A stretch of 64,000 nt of DNA, taken from assembly GCF_964204865.1 (NCBI RefSeq), contig NC_135257.1, positions 17,112,001 to 17,176,000 on the forward strand, given 5' to 3'. Below, in pieces: positions 1 to 13,493 of this stretch (positions are counted from its first letter, which is position 1; every line of letters starts with the position of its first letter). Source of the DNA: Styela clava. Taxonomy: Eukaryota. The notes beneath the pieces were generated by a model. The model had not been told where the DNA came from. It saw only the letters and a list, made by a program, of their open reading frames with translations, and did no database searches. A program made the translations under genes and the position numbers.

Positions 1-146
1 CCAAAAAATAGTACAAATTCTTTTTTTTATTTCTATAGTTCTAGCAGCAATGACTGTCAGAAAACTGTATGCCAAATTTATTATATTTTTTGACGATTAT
101 AGACCTTATAGAGAGGAGAAAGAACACGCAAAAATTCTATCTAAGG

Positions 147-729
147 CAGCGGTTCCCAAACTATGGGTCGCGACCGACTGGTGGGTCGCAAAAGGAATCC
201 TCATGGGTCGTGAAAAGATGTGGAAAGCTGTGATTAATCATACTGGTTATTAGGATCGGTGGCGACTCGAATACGTAAATCTTCAAAAAACATAGGAAAT
301 TAAATTGAATTAAAATCCTAATGTGTAAAAATTTTCATTGCACGATCTTCTCAACGAACCAAATATTTGCTACACAAAGAATGACCATGTGGCTTTTTCA
401 CGCATAGCCGCATGCTATTCTCTTCATCTTATAAATGTGAATCTGGATTTTCAGCAATGGTTGGGATTAAAAGCAAATTTCGAAATAAACTGCAACTTTC
501 GCATTCTTTACGTCTAAAACTATCTCGAGTTGAAATGAATGTTAAGTCTATTATGGAAAGTAGCAAGAAACAAGCTCATCCTTCTAACTAGCTTCACTAA
601 AAATTTAATTTGAGAAAATAAATTTGTTTCCTCCACCAATGTTTTATTAATTTATTAAAGTTAAATGGGTCGCCATAAGCTGTGGTAGAAAATAGTGGGT
701 CCCAACTCTAAAAGGTTTGGGTACCACTG
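147..729 (+). mobile_element. Non-autonomous hAT (Buster/Charlie-type) DNA transposon with transposase C-terminal remnant
   Basis: TIRs CAGCGGTTCCCAAAC / GTTTGGGTACCACTG; near-TSD ATCTAAGG / ATCATAAGG. 412-591 translates to MLFSSSYKCESGFSAMVGIKSKFRNKLQLSHSLRLKLS...KQAHPSN*, the typical Buster/Charlie transposase C-terminus (YxCExGFS...K.K.RNRL...QAHPSH). Confidence 0.88.
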
Positions 730-1572
730 ATCATAAGGTATTATTCTCCACTTTATGCTTTATGTTGTGTTTTATACTCTGTTGCACTTTGATTGTTCAA
801 CTTATTGTTTGTTTATTTAAACAAAGCAATAAAATCTTGAAAGGTTGTTAACTGTTATATTAAATTAACAGGTGTAACATTGCTAGTAATTTATTTACTA
901 CGTTGTGATAATCGATAATCGAAGAATCCCAAAGTTTATCAGTGTTTATCCTTGATTAAATACCAGTAATTATCAATAATTGAAGGTTAATTGAGCTAAT
1001 TGACTTTTTTAAAAGTGTTCATTGAACTGGTAGCCCTCGGCTTAATCGGTAACCAGAAAGTAGCCTAAAGTAAGTAGGCTTCGAAAAGGTTGGTGACCCC
1101 TGCTCCATAGTATGCTATCTCTTGCTTAACGTGGTGTGCATTTAATCTCAAAGAGACATTCTCACAGAATTCAGTTCCGATTTCTAACTAAAATCACTGA
1201 GATCCCACAACCAATGAGAATCGCATACCAAAGTGGCACCCATTACTAGGTTTCATATGTTATGTAGGTTTCACACAAAAATAAAGTGAGTTTTCACATT
1301 TTGAGGCTGAACAGGGCTCTAGAGAGTCCAGACCAGAGGTGGGCAACCTCTTTCGGCTCGCGTGCCAAAATCGGTGAAATTCTCCCGCGTGCCGTTCTAC
1401 TGGGCAAATTTTGGCAGTGGCGATTGTCCATTCTTTGACCTCTTTTATCATTTTGATGACTGCCAAATTACTGATACTAGAATATTAGGTTTTAAAAAGA
1501 TGTTTTCATGATTGGTTTATTTACGAAAAGTTATCGATATAGATAAATGCATGTAAATAAAGATTTGCACAA

Positions 1573-1573
<1 letters not shown>

Positions 1574-1606
<33 letters not shown>
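1574..1606. repeat. (TA)n microsatellite
   Basis: Visible TA dinucleotide run just downstream of TANGO2. Confidence 0.9.
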
Positions 1607-1610
<4 letters not shown>

Positions 1611-1722
1611 CAATCTGAAATTTTCAGAATTTGCTCAGAGCAAGGATTATGCTCACGAGCTCAGAAAAAGAGAGACTGATTGAAGTTACACCTGGTCACT
1701 AAAATCTCAAATCCTTCAAAAA

Positions 1723-2577
1723 TTAACTTGAGTCAGGGTCAGTTATCATCGCAGTGAATGAATAAGAACTTTTCGACCAGGCGGTCCTATCTGCAGCATC
1801 ATATCCATTTAGCGACATTTCTGTAAAATGTATTTGATTGTTTCCATCAATTAAAACGATAGTTTGTGACCTAGTACCACACAATGTTATTCCACTGATC
1901 ATCACAGAGCAATATTTTTCTAGTACTGTATTACTGAAAGTTCCGTAACATTGTTCTTCCAAAAGTTCATCGGGATATAATGAGGTTGTATCAGATAATA
2001 AGGATTCCAACAAGCAATTGGTTAAATCACCCGCATTCATAGAAGAACTTTTCCCGATAATGTCATCAAAAGTTTTTCGTCCGTGTTTAATTTTCCTCCA
2101 ATTTCCATTCAGGGCTGTGCCTGCTACTACATTGGTTCTATCTGTCAATAACATTGGACTCTTGCCATCCCAGTTACTATAGTACCCAAGACAGATTTTC
2201 CCACATGAATCGATTTTCCCTGCAAGCATGTTGAATTCTCTATGTGTCTTATCTTGCAATGACTTTAAATAATCCAGAGGATCAACTTCATCTTTCAAAT
2301 AGTCAATAACTAACTTTCCTTTTCGTAGTTTGGAAGGATCTTTGGATCGGGCCATCACATTCGTCAGCGCAGAAAATTTTCCAGATTTTGAAACTCCGAG
2401 CCAAGTCCCTCCTTCGACACCAGATTTCATGTCAATTCCACAAATTATATTTGGGAAATAGGGATGAATATCAGCAGACTTCGTTGGTCTGCTCAAATAC
2501 TCATCTCTATTGGCGGCCATTATTAACTTATATTTTGCTCCCACATCATTATTAAAGTGTAAAAACACAATACACAT
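1723..2577 (-). CDS. TANGO2: Transport and Golgi organization 2 homolog (NRDE family), single coding exon
   Basis: 284-aa ORF starting MCIVF, with AANRDEY..RP, GGTWLG, ALTN and GTRSQT motifs of the TANGO2/NRDE family. Splice-acceptor-like tttcAG at 2611-2612, just upstream of the ATG. Confidence 0.95.
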   Translation of the reverse strand: MCIVFLHFNNDVGAKYKLIMAANRDEYLSRPTKSADIHPYFPNIICGIDMKSGVEGGTWLGVSKSGKFSALTNVMARSKDPSKLRKGKLVIDYLKDEVDPLDYLKSLQDKTHREFNMLAGKIDSCGKICLGYYSNWDGKSPMLLTDRTNVVAGTALNGNWRKIKHGRKTFDDIIGKSSSMNAGDLTNCLLESLLSDTTSLYPDELLEEQCYGTFSNTVLEKYCSVMISGITLCGTRSQTIVLIDGNNQIHFTEMSLNGYDAADRTAWSKSSYSFTAMITDPDSS

Positions 2578-2954
2578 TTTCGTTTTACTATACCTTACTA
2601 TGCCTTATATCTGAAACAAGTAAAATAGGAAAGGCTAAAAACGGTGAGGATAGGGCAGAGTTACCAACCTTTTTCAATAAATCCATCACACTTTATCTAT
2701 GCATAAAAACCCCAGAAACTCCGTTAAATGGGGTATTTATGAAGTCCTAAATCTTTTTAAAATTGCAAATGCAATTCATCGATATCGTAGATAGTTTTGG
2801 CATTCTGAGATGTATTAAATGAAGTAAAAATAATTGAACAAATACTGAATAAAAAAATGGTTAAGATATATTGAGAAGTGTCTTCAAAACAAAATTGAAA
2901 TTGTAAAGTGACTTTATGAACACTAGTTACGCGAGTCGCTATCACGCTTTTGTA

Positions 2955-3560
2955 CAGGGTGCTTCCAAAGTAAGTATACACTTTTAATTTTAGTTTGCTT
3001 TTCATGTACTCATCATAGAGCGTTCGTTTCTTCCGAATTCAGGTATTGTTCGCATTTTTCATCTACCCACAGAATGACAAGAAGATTAACCCAAGAAATG
3101 AGGTGCAAAATTGTTATTTGGCTAGAAACGTATAGATCAGTAAGGCAAAGCAAAGCGCCTCTTTAACAGAGAATTTGGAATTAATTCCACTCCTACACTA
3201 CAAACAGTATTTGCAATTCATTGCAAATTTATGGAAACTGGATCTGTAGTTGATGCACAAAGATCAGGAAGAAGATGATACTCTGAGAAAAACATTCAGA
3301 GCCAAATAACTCCAAATTCTCTGTTAAAGAGGCGCTTTGCTTTGCCTTACTGATCTATACGCTTCTTGCCAAATATCAATTTTGCACCTTATTTCTTGGG
3401 TTAATCTTCTTGTCATTCTGTGGGTAAATGAAATATGCGAACAATACCTAAATTTTTTTACTTATCCATACTATGTTTTCTGAAGAAATGAACGCTTTAT
3501 GATGAGTACCTGAAAAAAAAATCAAAATTAAACGTGTATACTTACTTTGAAGATACCCTG
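2955..3560. mobile_element. Tc1/mariner-superfamily foldback element (long inverted arms)
   Basis: TA|CAGGGTG...TACCCTG|TA ends. Arms of ~230-260 bp (2955-3185, 3305-3560) are reverse complements. The left arm plus centre reads as a decayed transposase N-terminus (MTRRLTQEMRCKIVIWLETYRS... KFMETGSVVDAQRSGR). Confidence 0.85.
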
Positions 3561-4834
3561 TATAGCTAAATTAGTTTAAGTGAATTATAGAAATGATAAT
3601 AAAGAATATGGGTAGTTTTACTACAGCACATACTAAGCAATATTTCTTCTGGGGGGGGAAGGGAGGGGGGGATTCGGCTCCCAGTGGGAAACGTTGGGTT
3701 ATTAGCGATAGTGCTAAGCCTAATTGTGACTTTTGAGCAGTTGAAAGTTGAAATAGTTTATATTGTGCCCATAAATATGTATTACGACAATTTTAACCTA
3801 GGCTAGGCCAGACGTCTTACGACACCGTGCAATTTGTTACGACGTCATAAAAAGCTGTCCCTGTTTATTTTATAATATTTATTTTGTCATGAACAAATTT
3901 TTAAATTGCGTGAAATTCTAAATATTATTTACATACGCAAAACATCGAAATACATTGGATAGTGAGTTGGGTTTGAAAAATTCCACGAAAACGTCATGGC
4001 ACCAGAAAACTCAACATAATAATACCCGTATTTATACCTTCATCTTTTGAAATAAATGGGACTACAACAGAAAAAAATCCGAAGGAGGTGAAAAAATTTA
4101 ATAATTCCTAACGATTTGGTCTTGATTCGATAAATTTGCATGGCTATATATCTATATTTTTCTACCTTTCCAAATTATAAATTATTATTGGGGAAAACTG
4201 TTCAATTAGTTTAAAATAGTATATTTTGTTTTTAAAATTATAGAGAGAGATTCAAATTGAGACAAATTTATTTATCTATTTGACTGTGTTTCATTTTTCA
4301 ACCTTTTAAATGAAAAGTATTTGTGACAAGAATCCTTAAACTAGATAACAAAAGTCTGTTTCATAAAATATCAAATATATTTTGTTATATTCTGGAACAA
4401 TCTTTGAAAAATAAAAACTTTGAAATGAATAATATTTCTGAATTGAATGTAAGGTCCTCTGAGGCGTGAGACCTCTAGGCTTCGGCTAATCTAGCTTGTC
4501 CAATGGTAAATCCCGCCCTGCCAACAATACTTAATAATAAAACGATATTAGTGAAACTACTACATATTATTTGTGTATTTCCTACAGGGCGCTATATATA
4601 TTTGCATAAAAGTTTAGCATTTTATCAAATTTAAGATCCTACTTAACTGAAGACACGGCTAAACAACAAAGCCAGCTACCACCTTCAAAATCAATTCTTA
4701 AAAAGTTTTCGTGTGAAAATAGAAACTGAAAGTATGCAGATGGATGTTGACAGGATCAAAACTTTGAATCGGAACAATTTTAGAAAACCAAACAAATTTT
4801 CACTAGTCGGAAAATACACTTTGAACGTGTACAG

Positions 4835-5760
4835 CAGTGGTCGGCAACCACTGGACCGCGACCCATCGCCTGTCCGCGGAAAGGGAAATACCGGTCCGCA
4901 GAAAGATAACTTAAAAGTAGACAAGGTTTCAATAACAATCTAACAGCCACAAACTCTACGATTAAAGAACAGCAAACCAGACAAACGCAACGCTATAGGA
5001 TTGACTTCTCAAACAATTGCCATGTCAGTATGTCGCAATATTGCTGCGTCAATTGCATCCTCTGCATCTGAATAAGAAAATCTTACATCAGTCCGAATAA
5101 GATCTTTCAGACAAAATGATTTTTGCTAACAACGTGACTGTGGGCTCGCAGCTATATAACTGGGCTTCTATTATTAAGGCGTTTCAACGCTACTTTCCTA
5201 GCGCAAACTACGCAAGAACTGTAAAGGTATGAATACGGGATCCCTTCGTAAATGAACCTAACGTATCAACGATGGGGTCGTCTTTTATACAAGGCAGTTG
5301 ACTAAAACTTCAAAAGATAGTGAGTTGAAAAGCGTCTTTCTGATATATACCTTGCGGTCGTATGTTCAAAACTCTCAAATGCATACTCGAACATAGCTAC
5401 AGAAGCTTTACACTTCACAGGAATAGTTAGCTTACCTTTCTCGACATCGTATTTAGGTGAGACCGGATTTTCAATATTAATAACTACAAAAACGAAACAT
5501 CGAAGTAGGCTGAATGTAAGAAACACGTTACGTATGTCACTGTCGACCATATCTCGGTATTAGAAACAGTTAATGGCCAGCAAACAAACGCAGATCTCGC
5601 ATTAAATAGCATCACCTTTGTTTTTGAATTTAGTGTCAACGTAAATTTTCTGATGCGTGTTATTTATCACATAAACTTAGTTCATTTGTGTAAAAGTGGT
5701 CTGCCAAAGTTTAGGTCAGGCTATACTGGTCCGTCACTCAAAAAAGGTTGCCGACCATTG
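4835..5760. mobile_element. Non-autonomous hAT element
   Basis: TIRs CAGTGGTCGGCAACC / GGTTGCCGACCATTG; perfect 8-bp TSD GTGTACAG (4827-4834, 5761-5768). Confidence 0.92.
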
Positions 5761-7670
5761 GTGTACAGCATGTCACAATGATAAAAATATATTGTTAACC
5801 TAACAAATAGTCTACCGGAACCAGGTCCCTCAATTCAAAAGTCGTTAAAGTCGCTGCTCGTTTTTTGTCAATTACAAACTATGTCGGAAATCGGGAATCC
5901 CTCCATCAGTTTTCGACGGAGTCCTAGTAAAGTTTGCTGAACGATGTTTATCTATAATTTTTGTACAGAATTTTGTAAAAGTTGTACAAATATATTAATA
6001 CCAGCGATTCTCGAACCAGAGTTAATCAGACTGTTTGTACTGACAATATGCGCCGATCGGAAATTATTCGACGAAATTGAATCTTCGGAAGTGATTGGAT
6101 AAATTGTTCACATAGAGATTTTTTCGCAAGTTTAAAAAAAATCAGACTGAGCATGCAATCGCATGACGAAGAAAGAATTAACATTAAATGAATAAAATGT
6201 GTAAAAATTATAATACACGGAAATTCAGGAAAGTTGCCAAAACTTGATGATGACTTGCGTTTAAATATTGTTTTCATGTTGTGTTCAGAAAACTGAAATA
6301 GCTCTCTTCGCGGTATTAAAAAAGGGATTTCAGAAAGAAGCTTTAGGAAAAAGAGGTGACGAAAAAACACGAAGCCATAGCCCACGGGTCTGCTAAACAA
6401 AATTTAAAAACAGGTAGACATGACTCATCATATGAGGCACTCTAACCAAATTTGGTAAAATCAATCTGTTAAAAAAAGACTCGCTTGAACCGAACGCGTA
6501 AAAGCCATCATAAAAATGGTAATGTCCTTTTCGATTATTGTTGTTTTGAAAACAGCGTAGGTTGATACATAAGACTTTGTTTTCGTTCACCTACCCCAAT
6601 GCTAACTTTCGTTGTAGTGAGTGTAGTGTTGTTTTTGAATAAAACATCAGCCCAACATCCATCATTGCCTGGCGAAAGAAAATGCTCTAAACCTTAAAAT
6701 TACCAAACCAAAATTCGTTTTCCCTTGCCTACAAACATAAATACAAGAAATTCAAAAGAACATCCATCAAAATTTCCTGTACCTGGATTACTTATTGAAG
6801 GAAATTGTTAGAATTAAATTATTCTACTTTGCATGGTTGATATAATTAATGCGCGGTTGAAAATAACTCGAAAATTTAATAATATTTTTGTATCTTGTTG
6901 TTGTTGTTGTACCATATATAAAATTGTAAATATGATACTTTTTATATTCTAACACTGTAAAGAGCACGTAAAGCACGGAAATAACAAAATGAAACCAGAT
7001 TATATTTTTTATCATTTCTGTACAACGTAGGTAGAAAACGGTCCATTGGTCGATATCCCGCCATGTAGCCAAACGACAAGAAATATTGTAATTGCAATTA
7101 GTAATTGTAATTTGTTTTGGATTTGATTTGGAAGTCGTAAGTCTTGGGAAATACATGGGATACATGTTTGGAACCACGTCTTCACTGCTATGTGTAACAG
7201 CAATCGTTTTGCAGAGCGGTATAGTTTCAAACTGAAATATTTATGGAGTAGGCCTTCAAAAACCAAAAATATTCAGCAATGAAAACTAATTACTCATAAA
7301 ATAATGAGCACCTTGAGCTTGTTTTGCTAAAACAAGGCGCTTCCTAGCCTCTCAAACCTAATTTCCTCCGTTAATTTTTTCCAAAAATACAGATCTCGCC
7401 CAAATTTATATGTTTCCTTTTGATTGAGGATAATTTTGCACTGCATTGTGCTTTAACATTGCCCGCTGTATTATTGCATTTATACTTGGTTTTTAGGCGA
7501 CCAAGTCAGGTCAATTCTCTCATATTAGATCTGAAATAATCATTGCAATTGACGTCGTGTCATGTATTTACGGAGGTTGGTGAAGTATAAAAGTCCAGAA
7601 ATGGAAATCATTCTGGGTGAAAAAGTCATTAATAATACTATTTCTGGATTTATATACTTCATTTCCTTAC

Positions 7671-7990
7671 CGAGGCGAAATATAGATTTTGAATAGCACC
7701 AAGTCACCAAGCCACGAACGTTGACCCGACGTGAATTCTTATCTCAATGTTTCTCAGTGATATTTTTCATGAATTTTACCACGAGTGTCTAAATTAGCGT
7801 CCATTTAATTTATGAATTATCATCTCTGCCTCATTAATTTTTGCGTGTGTTCTTTTTTCGTCTAAATGTGGTCCTGCATGCGAAACTCCGTGTTGCACTT
7901 GGAATGAAACTGTCTGCCAATCATAACAAAATTTTCTCACCCGTCTCTTGAATACGGCGTGAAAGCAACACCAAAATGCCACATGTAAAT
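7671..7990 (-). pseudogene. Possible decayed C-type-lectin exon
   Basis: ttctAG acceptor (phase 1) and GTAAGG donor (phase 0), the same phases as the CTLD exon of the intact lectins. One frame gives CCFHAVF...INEAEMIIHKLNGR...EIRIHVGSTFVAW*LG (compare CFWSVV...VDEAKRICGVNNGL...DIRRKISADTFIWTG) with 4 stops. Confidence 0.3.
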
Positions 7991-9129
7991 CTAGAATATG
8001 TTACAAGAATTTTATCACGAATGTCTAAATTAGCATCTATTTAATTTATAAATAATCTCTGCCTTATTATTTTTGCGTGTGTTCCTTTTTTGCGACATTG
8101 GTTTGCGCAGTTGGAAGCCAGTCAGTTTAATTAAACATTCCCGATTTCGGGCTTCTCATCGTTTAAATCTGGTCCTGCCTGTGAGACTCGAATTGAAACT
8201 ACTTACCAATCAAAAGAACCGTCTCAACCGTAGCTAAGAATACGTTGTGATAGCAACACTAAAAGCTGCTTTCAATAATTGCACAATTTTCAAATGTTAC
8301 CTGATTTTGAAACATGCCTCTCGCCTAAAATTTCTTGCCGCGCATTCACAGCGGGTTGTATCATCTTGCCAATGCAGAATAAAAAGTTTGCCGTAGCTTA
8401 GAGTTCAGCAAAAAAATTAGGGTTGTGGCAGGACAAATATAGTTACATTTAAATAAAAAAATTCTGAGCAAATATCACTAACCGGCCTTCCGACCCATCG
8501 GGTCATCCCCATCTCAGAGTTAAGTAATGCTTGCCATCCTATTGATTTACGATGTTTAGTTTAGTACTACACATTGCCAAGACATCATCAAAATCCTTCA
8601 AAACTAACAAATCTTTTCGATTTTTCACCTTTTAAAATCTTGTTTAAGATTGTTCTCCAAAATTTCTTGTTCAGACATTTTGAAAACTGTGATCACTGAA
8701 TTCCTTACAATTCATTCTTTTCCAATGTCAAATGGACGCAATATTGTTGTTATAATGTTCCTAACCGAATGTAATCGTAGATAGTTGATGCAATGAACTG
8801 CATATCATTATTGAACATTTTGGCTTACGGCTTAGTACAAACACAACAGATATGGCTTAATTCTGCTTTAGGTGGTGAATTACTGACATGGTACATTTAT
8901 TAGCCATTCGTTGATATTATTCAATATTTTTCCTAGTACTCAAGCCTATATTTCCAACTTGTTGTTTATCAGTCTATCATAATTCATCGCTCCCTTTTAA
9001 AAGGATTTGAACCTGGGTAACATACGAAGCCTTCTAAAGTGCTTCGCCGTCTCGTACGTGTACCAAGTATATCCAGGTACACCCACTGCAGTGACGGTGA
9101 TATACGAAATGTGCGAGATGCACGGACAG

Positions 9130-9242
9130 GGCCGCTCCAGAAGTATGTGTACCAAGAGGACGCACAACCTGATAACCCTAACCTAGTACACATACTATGT
9201 TCAGGTTGTGCGCCATATTGGTACACATACTTCGGAAGTACC
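9130..9242. mobile_element. Palindromic GG..CC MITE (paralogous copy at ~35168-35260)
   Basis: Hairpin CTCCAGAAGTATGTGTACCAA...TTGGTACACATACTTCGGAAG, same family as the copies at 44029-53078. Confidence 0.8.
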
Positions 9243-10373
9243 CAGACAGGAGCTAGGATTTAAAAGTAGAACAAAAGGAAGGAACGAAAATCTGGCGAGA
9301 TAACCTAAAATAAATTATGCAAACAATAACTCCACGCCTATGATCTAGTCCAGATTGATAAAGGCATAAAACGTGCCCAAACGTTATTGGGTATATTGAA
9401 TAAGAGGCTATTTATCAACAGCTTATGAATCGCTGCTATTGTCATATACAGTGCACGACAAGCATAATTTTTAAAGCGAACTTTACTGCAGTGTGAACTA
9501 TAAATAATGAATTTATACAAAACTCCATATGCGTCTATAACTAGCAATGGCTGAACTGGAAACCCCAATCTGGCTTTAGTATGAATTCATAATATATCTA
9601 ACAGAAATAAACAAATAATATGAATAAATCATCTATAACGGTAATGGTATTTAAAAAGGTAGAAGGCGTATGGCAGAACCTAAACTGGATTTGCTTACAC
9701 ACATAGCTATTATAAGATAACCCATTTCGTAGAATAAAGTCCCAAAATGACAGGGGTGAGTAAATAAAACGAATTAATTGCTTATAACGGAAATTATTCA
9801 CTTTCTTGAGACAATAAACTGCAAGGAATAAAAAGGAATACTAAGGATTTGCCTGCATACATAGAAATACGTAGCCCAAGAGTGGGCTCCAACTAGCGAT
9901 TGGTGTTAAACTGATTTTACTGGCTCAGATCGGGATCTTCTTTTTCGAATTACTTTCGACAAATCGAAAATTTTGACTATATATCCAAGTGTATAATGAC
10001 TGTATAAAAATGTATATATCCAAATAGTTTTTATGTGGATTCTTCAATTATTGAAATCAATATTTCTTCTTAAGTCGTTCAAATTTTCTCCGACCATGGT
10101 TGTAAACTTCACATTCATGTCGCAAAAGTGAATTCTTCAATTTATCAATTGCGGTTTGGGATTGAATACCTTTCCGCCTAGTATCTGTCTCCTTCCGCCA
10201 TCTTTTACCACTTCGCTTATATTATTTTAATGCTCCAGTGAAATAATTTAAAAGCATTTTTTCAAATAACTGTAATGTATTTTCAAATTCTTTTGTTGGT
10301 ACAATTGCTTAGTAATGGCAATGGGTTTCTCAGATACGAAGTGAACATACTTTTCGTTTTGCAAAATTGTTGT

Positions 10374-10678
10374 TACTTATCGATTTTAATTTGTCTGTTT
10401 GTCTGTCTGTCTGTTGGATGCACGCGATATCTCACGAAAGCGAGATTGAATCTGCTCCAGATTTTGTATGTGCATTCACCATATGTCGGACCAGAAGCCT
10501 ATTGATTTTGTATAATTAGCGTATAATTTGTATAATAATTCGTATAATTGTCGTATAATTAGCGAGTTATTGATTAATTAGTGATGGGACACAAAGTGCC
10601 ATTATGGAGTAAGAGCGCTGTTTTGGGGATCCCCTAACTTTCGATCGATAAGTCTTCGGTCTCTGACCGATATTCTCG
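10374..10678 (+). mobile_element. Helentron-associated non-autonomous element (HINE/DINE-1-like)
   Basis: Subterminal inverted repeat ACTTATCGAT...ATCGATAAGT, (GTCT)n tract, 3' stem-loop TCGGTCTCTGACCGA, T-rich target without TSD. Absent at the paralogous site near 36386. Confidence 0.8.
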
Positions 10679-13493
10679 TTTTATTCGTTATTGCTGAATA
10701 ATTGAAAAGGTACAAAAAATTGATTGACAAACCTATGTAAAGGGCTCTTCTTCAAATTTTAGCAAATCTGGAATGCTTTATATAAACTATATTCTATTAG
10801 TAACTTTTATTTAAACTGAATCAATTAAACAAATTTTCAAATTAATTCGTGGTATAGGTTCACTGGTTTTGAGAAAGAAGATTGGATTTAAAATTTCTTG
10901 AATGTTACTCACTCGGAGACATCTGGCAATTACATCTAAATTATAAGCAAAATAACAAACACTATTTTTGAATCCATCTGAAATATGAAAATAAATAACA
11001 AAATAGTATTCTTCAAAATCTGTACGCACTCTGTAGTACTAAGATTCTGGCAAGGGGGTTATGAGGCCATCGCTAAGTCAAAGAATTGTTGGACATAATT
11101 CTTATCTTAGTGATAAGGCTCATTATCTTACTCTGTTTTGGTTTATTGAAAACATTATTTATATTAGATATCTACGAATAGTTTTATCCGACAATAGAAC
11201 ATGTCGATCCATCAATCACTGGTCGCGCCTATTTCTGACCAAAGCGTAGTAATGATCTGCAACCAGCAAGACAATCTGCATATAGTCTATGAGCATCTCC
11301 CATCGGTGGCTTTTTTCACATGACTTTATGCTGAGCAATATGAAATAGGTAGAATCGCAATTTGAGTAAACTGACATCCAATTTGCCTTCTTGCGCAAAC
11401 TTTTGCAATTTCCAGTTCGTCGGGCAAACTTATATCTATAGACGTAACTTATCGCGCCTAAAAACACAATTAGTGGGTTTGATGAACCTATGAATAACGA
11501 AAAACAAATAAAACTTAATTTACGCTTATATCGGCGATATATACTACAGATGAGGCGCCATTTAAAAATTGCTCATTTTACTGATAAAATTTTTGCGTTA
11601 TGTTTGAAATTTGAACCATAGGAATTATTAAAACTGAAAATATTTGTCAGATTAATAAACTATCAAATTAAGTAAACAATTAACGGAAATGTCGAATCAT
11701 ATGTGTAGTACGTAATTACTCATTCGTTGTTTCAAAGATCGGCTATAAATCAGACCTTAATATTGGAAGGAAACAAACAATAATATTCTATTCAATGAGT
11801 CATTAACAATTGGCGCTGGATGTGATGGCACTAAATCGTAATCTTACTCCAAACCTCCACCAGTTTTGTTTCTATTAGGTCATATATAGGAACCATAGAC
11901 GAAAGGATTTAAATAAACATTTAAATAAAATCTCTTTCGTGCCGTCTGGCGAAGTGCGCTTGCACATACATTCTTGTGAAATATTTATTTTTGGATAATT
12001 CCATTTTCCCAGGACTGAAAAATACTTAAACCTACTCTCCAGAAATTTGGTGGTTGCTTGCTTACTTACGACCTTGTTCGAAATTCGCAGTACCAGTATA
12101 AATCACTATTTAATAATCAGTATTCTGATGATCGAAGACTAAGGACCCATGAACATCTCACTCAGAGCTTGGTTCGGTAAACCAGGGAAATCCAATCCAT
12201 AACATATAATGACTTATACAACTTAGTGAATGCTGAGTGGACGAAGTGCACATGACTTCGTTTAAAAACGAAGTAAACCTCCTCCGGCTCATAAATGTAG
12301 TAGTAGCCTGAAAATTCTTTGGTGCTACTTTGGTATGCGATCAAACGCATGGTAATCTTTTCTCAAGTTTATTAGATTCTATTGCGTTACGCAATGCGTC
12401 AATATTGGAGCGAATAATTACTATCTAAAATTTTCCGTTGTTCCTAAAAACTGAAAAGCCACGCATGCCAAAACCCCAATCAAGAAATATATTGCTATGT
12501 GACATAATATACAAATGTGTTATGTATTATTAATATGCAAAATTGAATCAAAGAGTAAAAGCACGGAGAATATATATACAAGCATTCAGCAATAGCAATA
12601 TCACATAAGTATTATTAAATCAATGTAATTAGTTGTAAGTTTACGCCTGATAGGCCGTGATTGGTATTGCAATGTTTAAGAACTAGTTTTAATAAATTCG
12701 GACGTAACTTTGTTTACCAAGTTTGAGTCTCGTTTTACCTTTCTTTTATTAGATCGATTTGATTTGATATTTACTTGCATTTATTTTACAAATTATTTCA
12801 ATCCCGGTCATTTCATTTTTTATTTCAACCCTATCAACCGAAAGAAATTTTATAGAAACTTGAAAACGAATATGCAAAACACTACGCGAATAAACCTAAT
12901 TTAACACATGAAAAAAAAGCATATTTCTTTGTATATTTACCAATTGGCAGAGAGCAAAACAAATCTATGTTTTTGAAGATATCAAAAAGAAAGTGAATAC
13001 ACCGGAATTTACAAATCCAGTGGCTTCTTAGAAACAAGTGCCTGCTTGTTATCATTGTAAAGGCCGAAGATCTAAAACAACTCGGAAGCATTTTTATGAA
13101 AATATCAACTGTTGGGAGCTTCATGTTATATATAACATGCCATACATTTATGTCACATATACTTGTCACATTTGCCAATATTAGGTTTCTCACTATCACA
13201 GGAAACCTTTTTCAATACTCCGATTGTGTGAGAAGAAAGTAAAGAAGGATTTTCACAAATATACCAAGAATGATGAATTCGGTAAAAAAGGTTTATTCAT
13301 CTGGCGGAGCAAGGATGTCTTCCGGTCATCAGTATAGATATGTTGTGGGAATAGTGAGCCAGCTTTCCACGCGATATAATCGGGAATGGCAACTTATCGT
13401 CAAAACTAAGTGAAACAGTGTTAAAATGTGTTTCACCAAATACAGAATTTGAAATATAATTCAAACATAAGGACATCTTGAATACATTGAATT

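Noticed and set aside
6026-6590. 124-aa and 65-aa minus-strand ORFs
   Set aside because: Low-complexity, F/L/I-rich translations typical of AT-rich non-coding DNA; no motifs.
8984-9263. ORFs overlapping palindromic MITEs (also 35016-35297, 43941-44173, 60816-61163)
   Set aside because: Derived from MITE sequence, not genes.
12162-12350. 62-aa ORF conserved in both duplicates (also 37586-37774)
   Set aside because: Conservation is explained by the recent duplication; no recognisable domain or convincing splice context.
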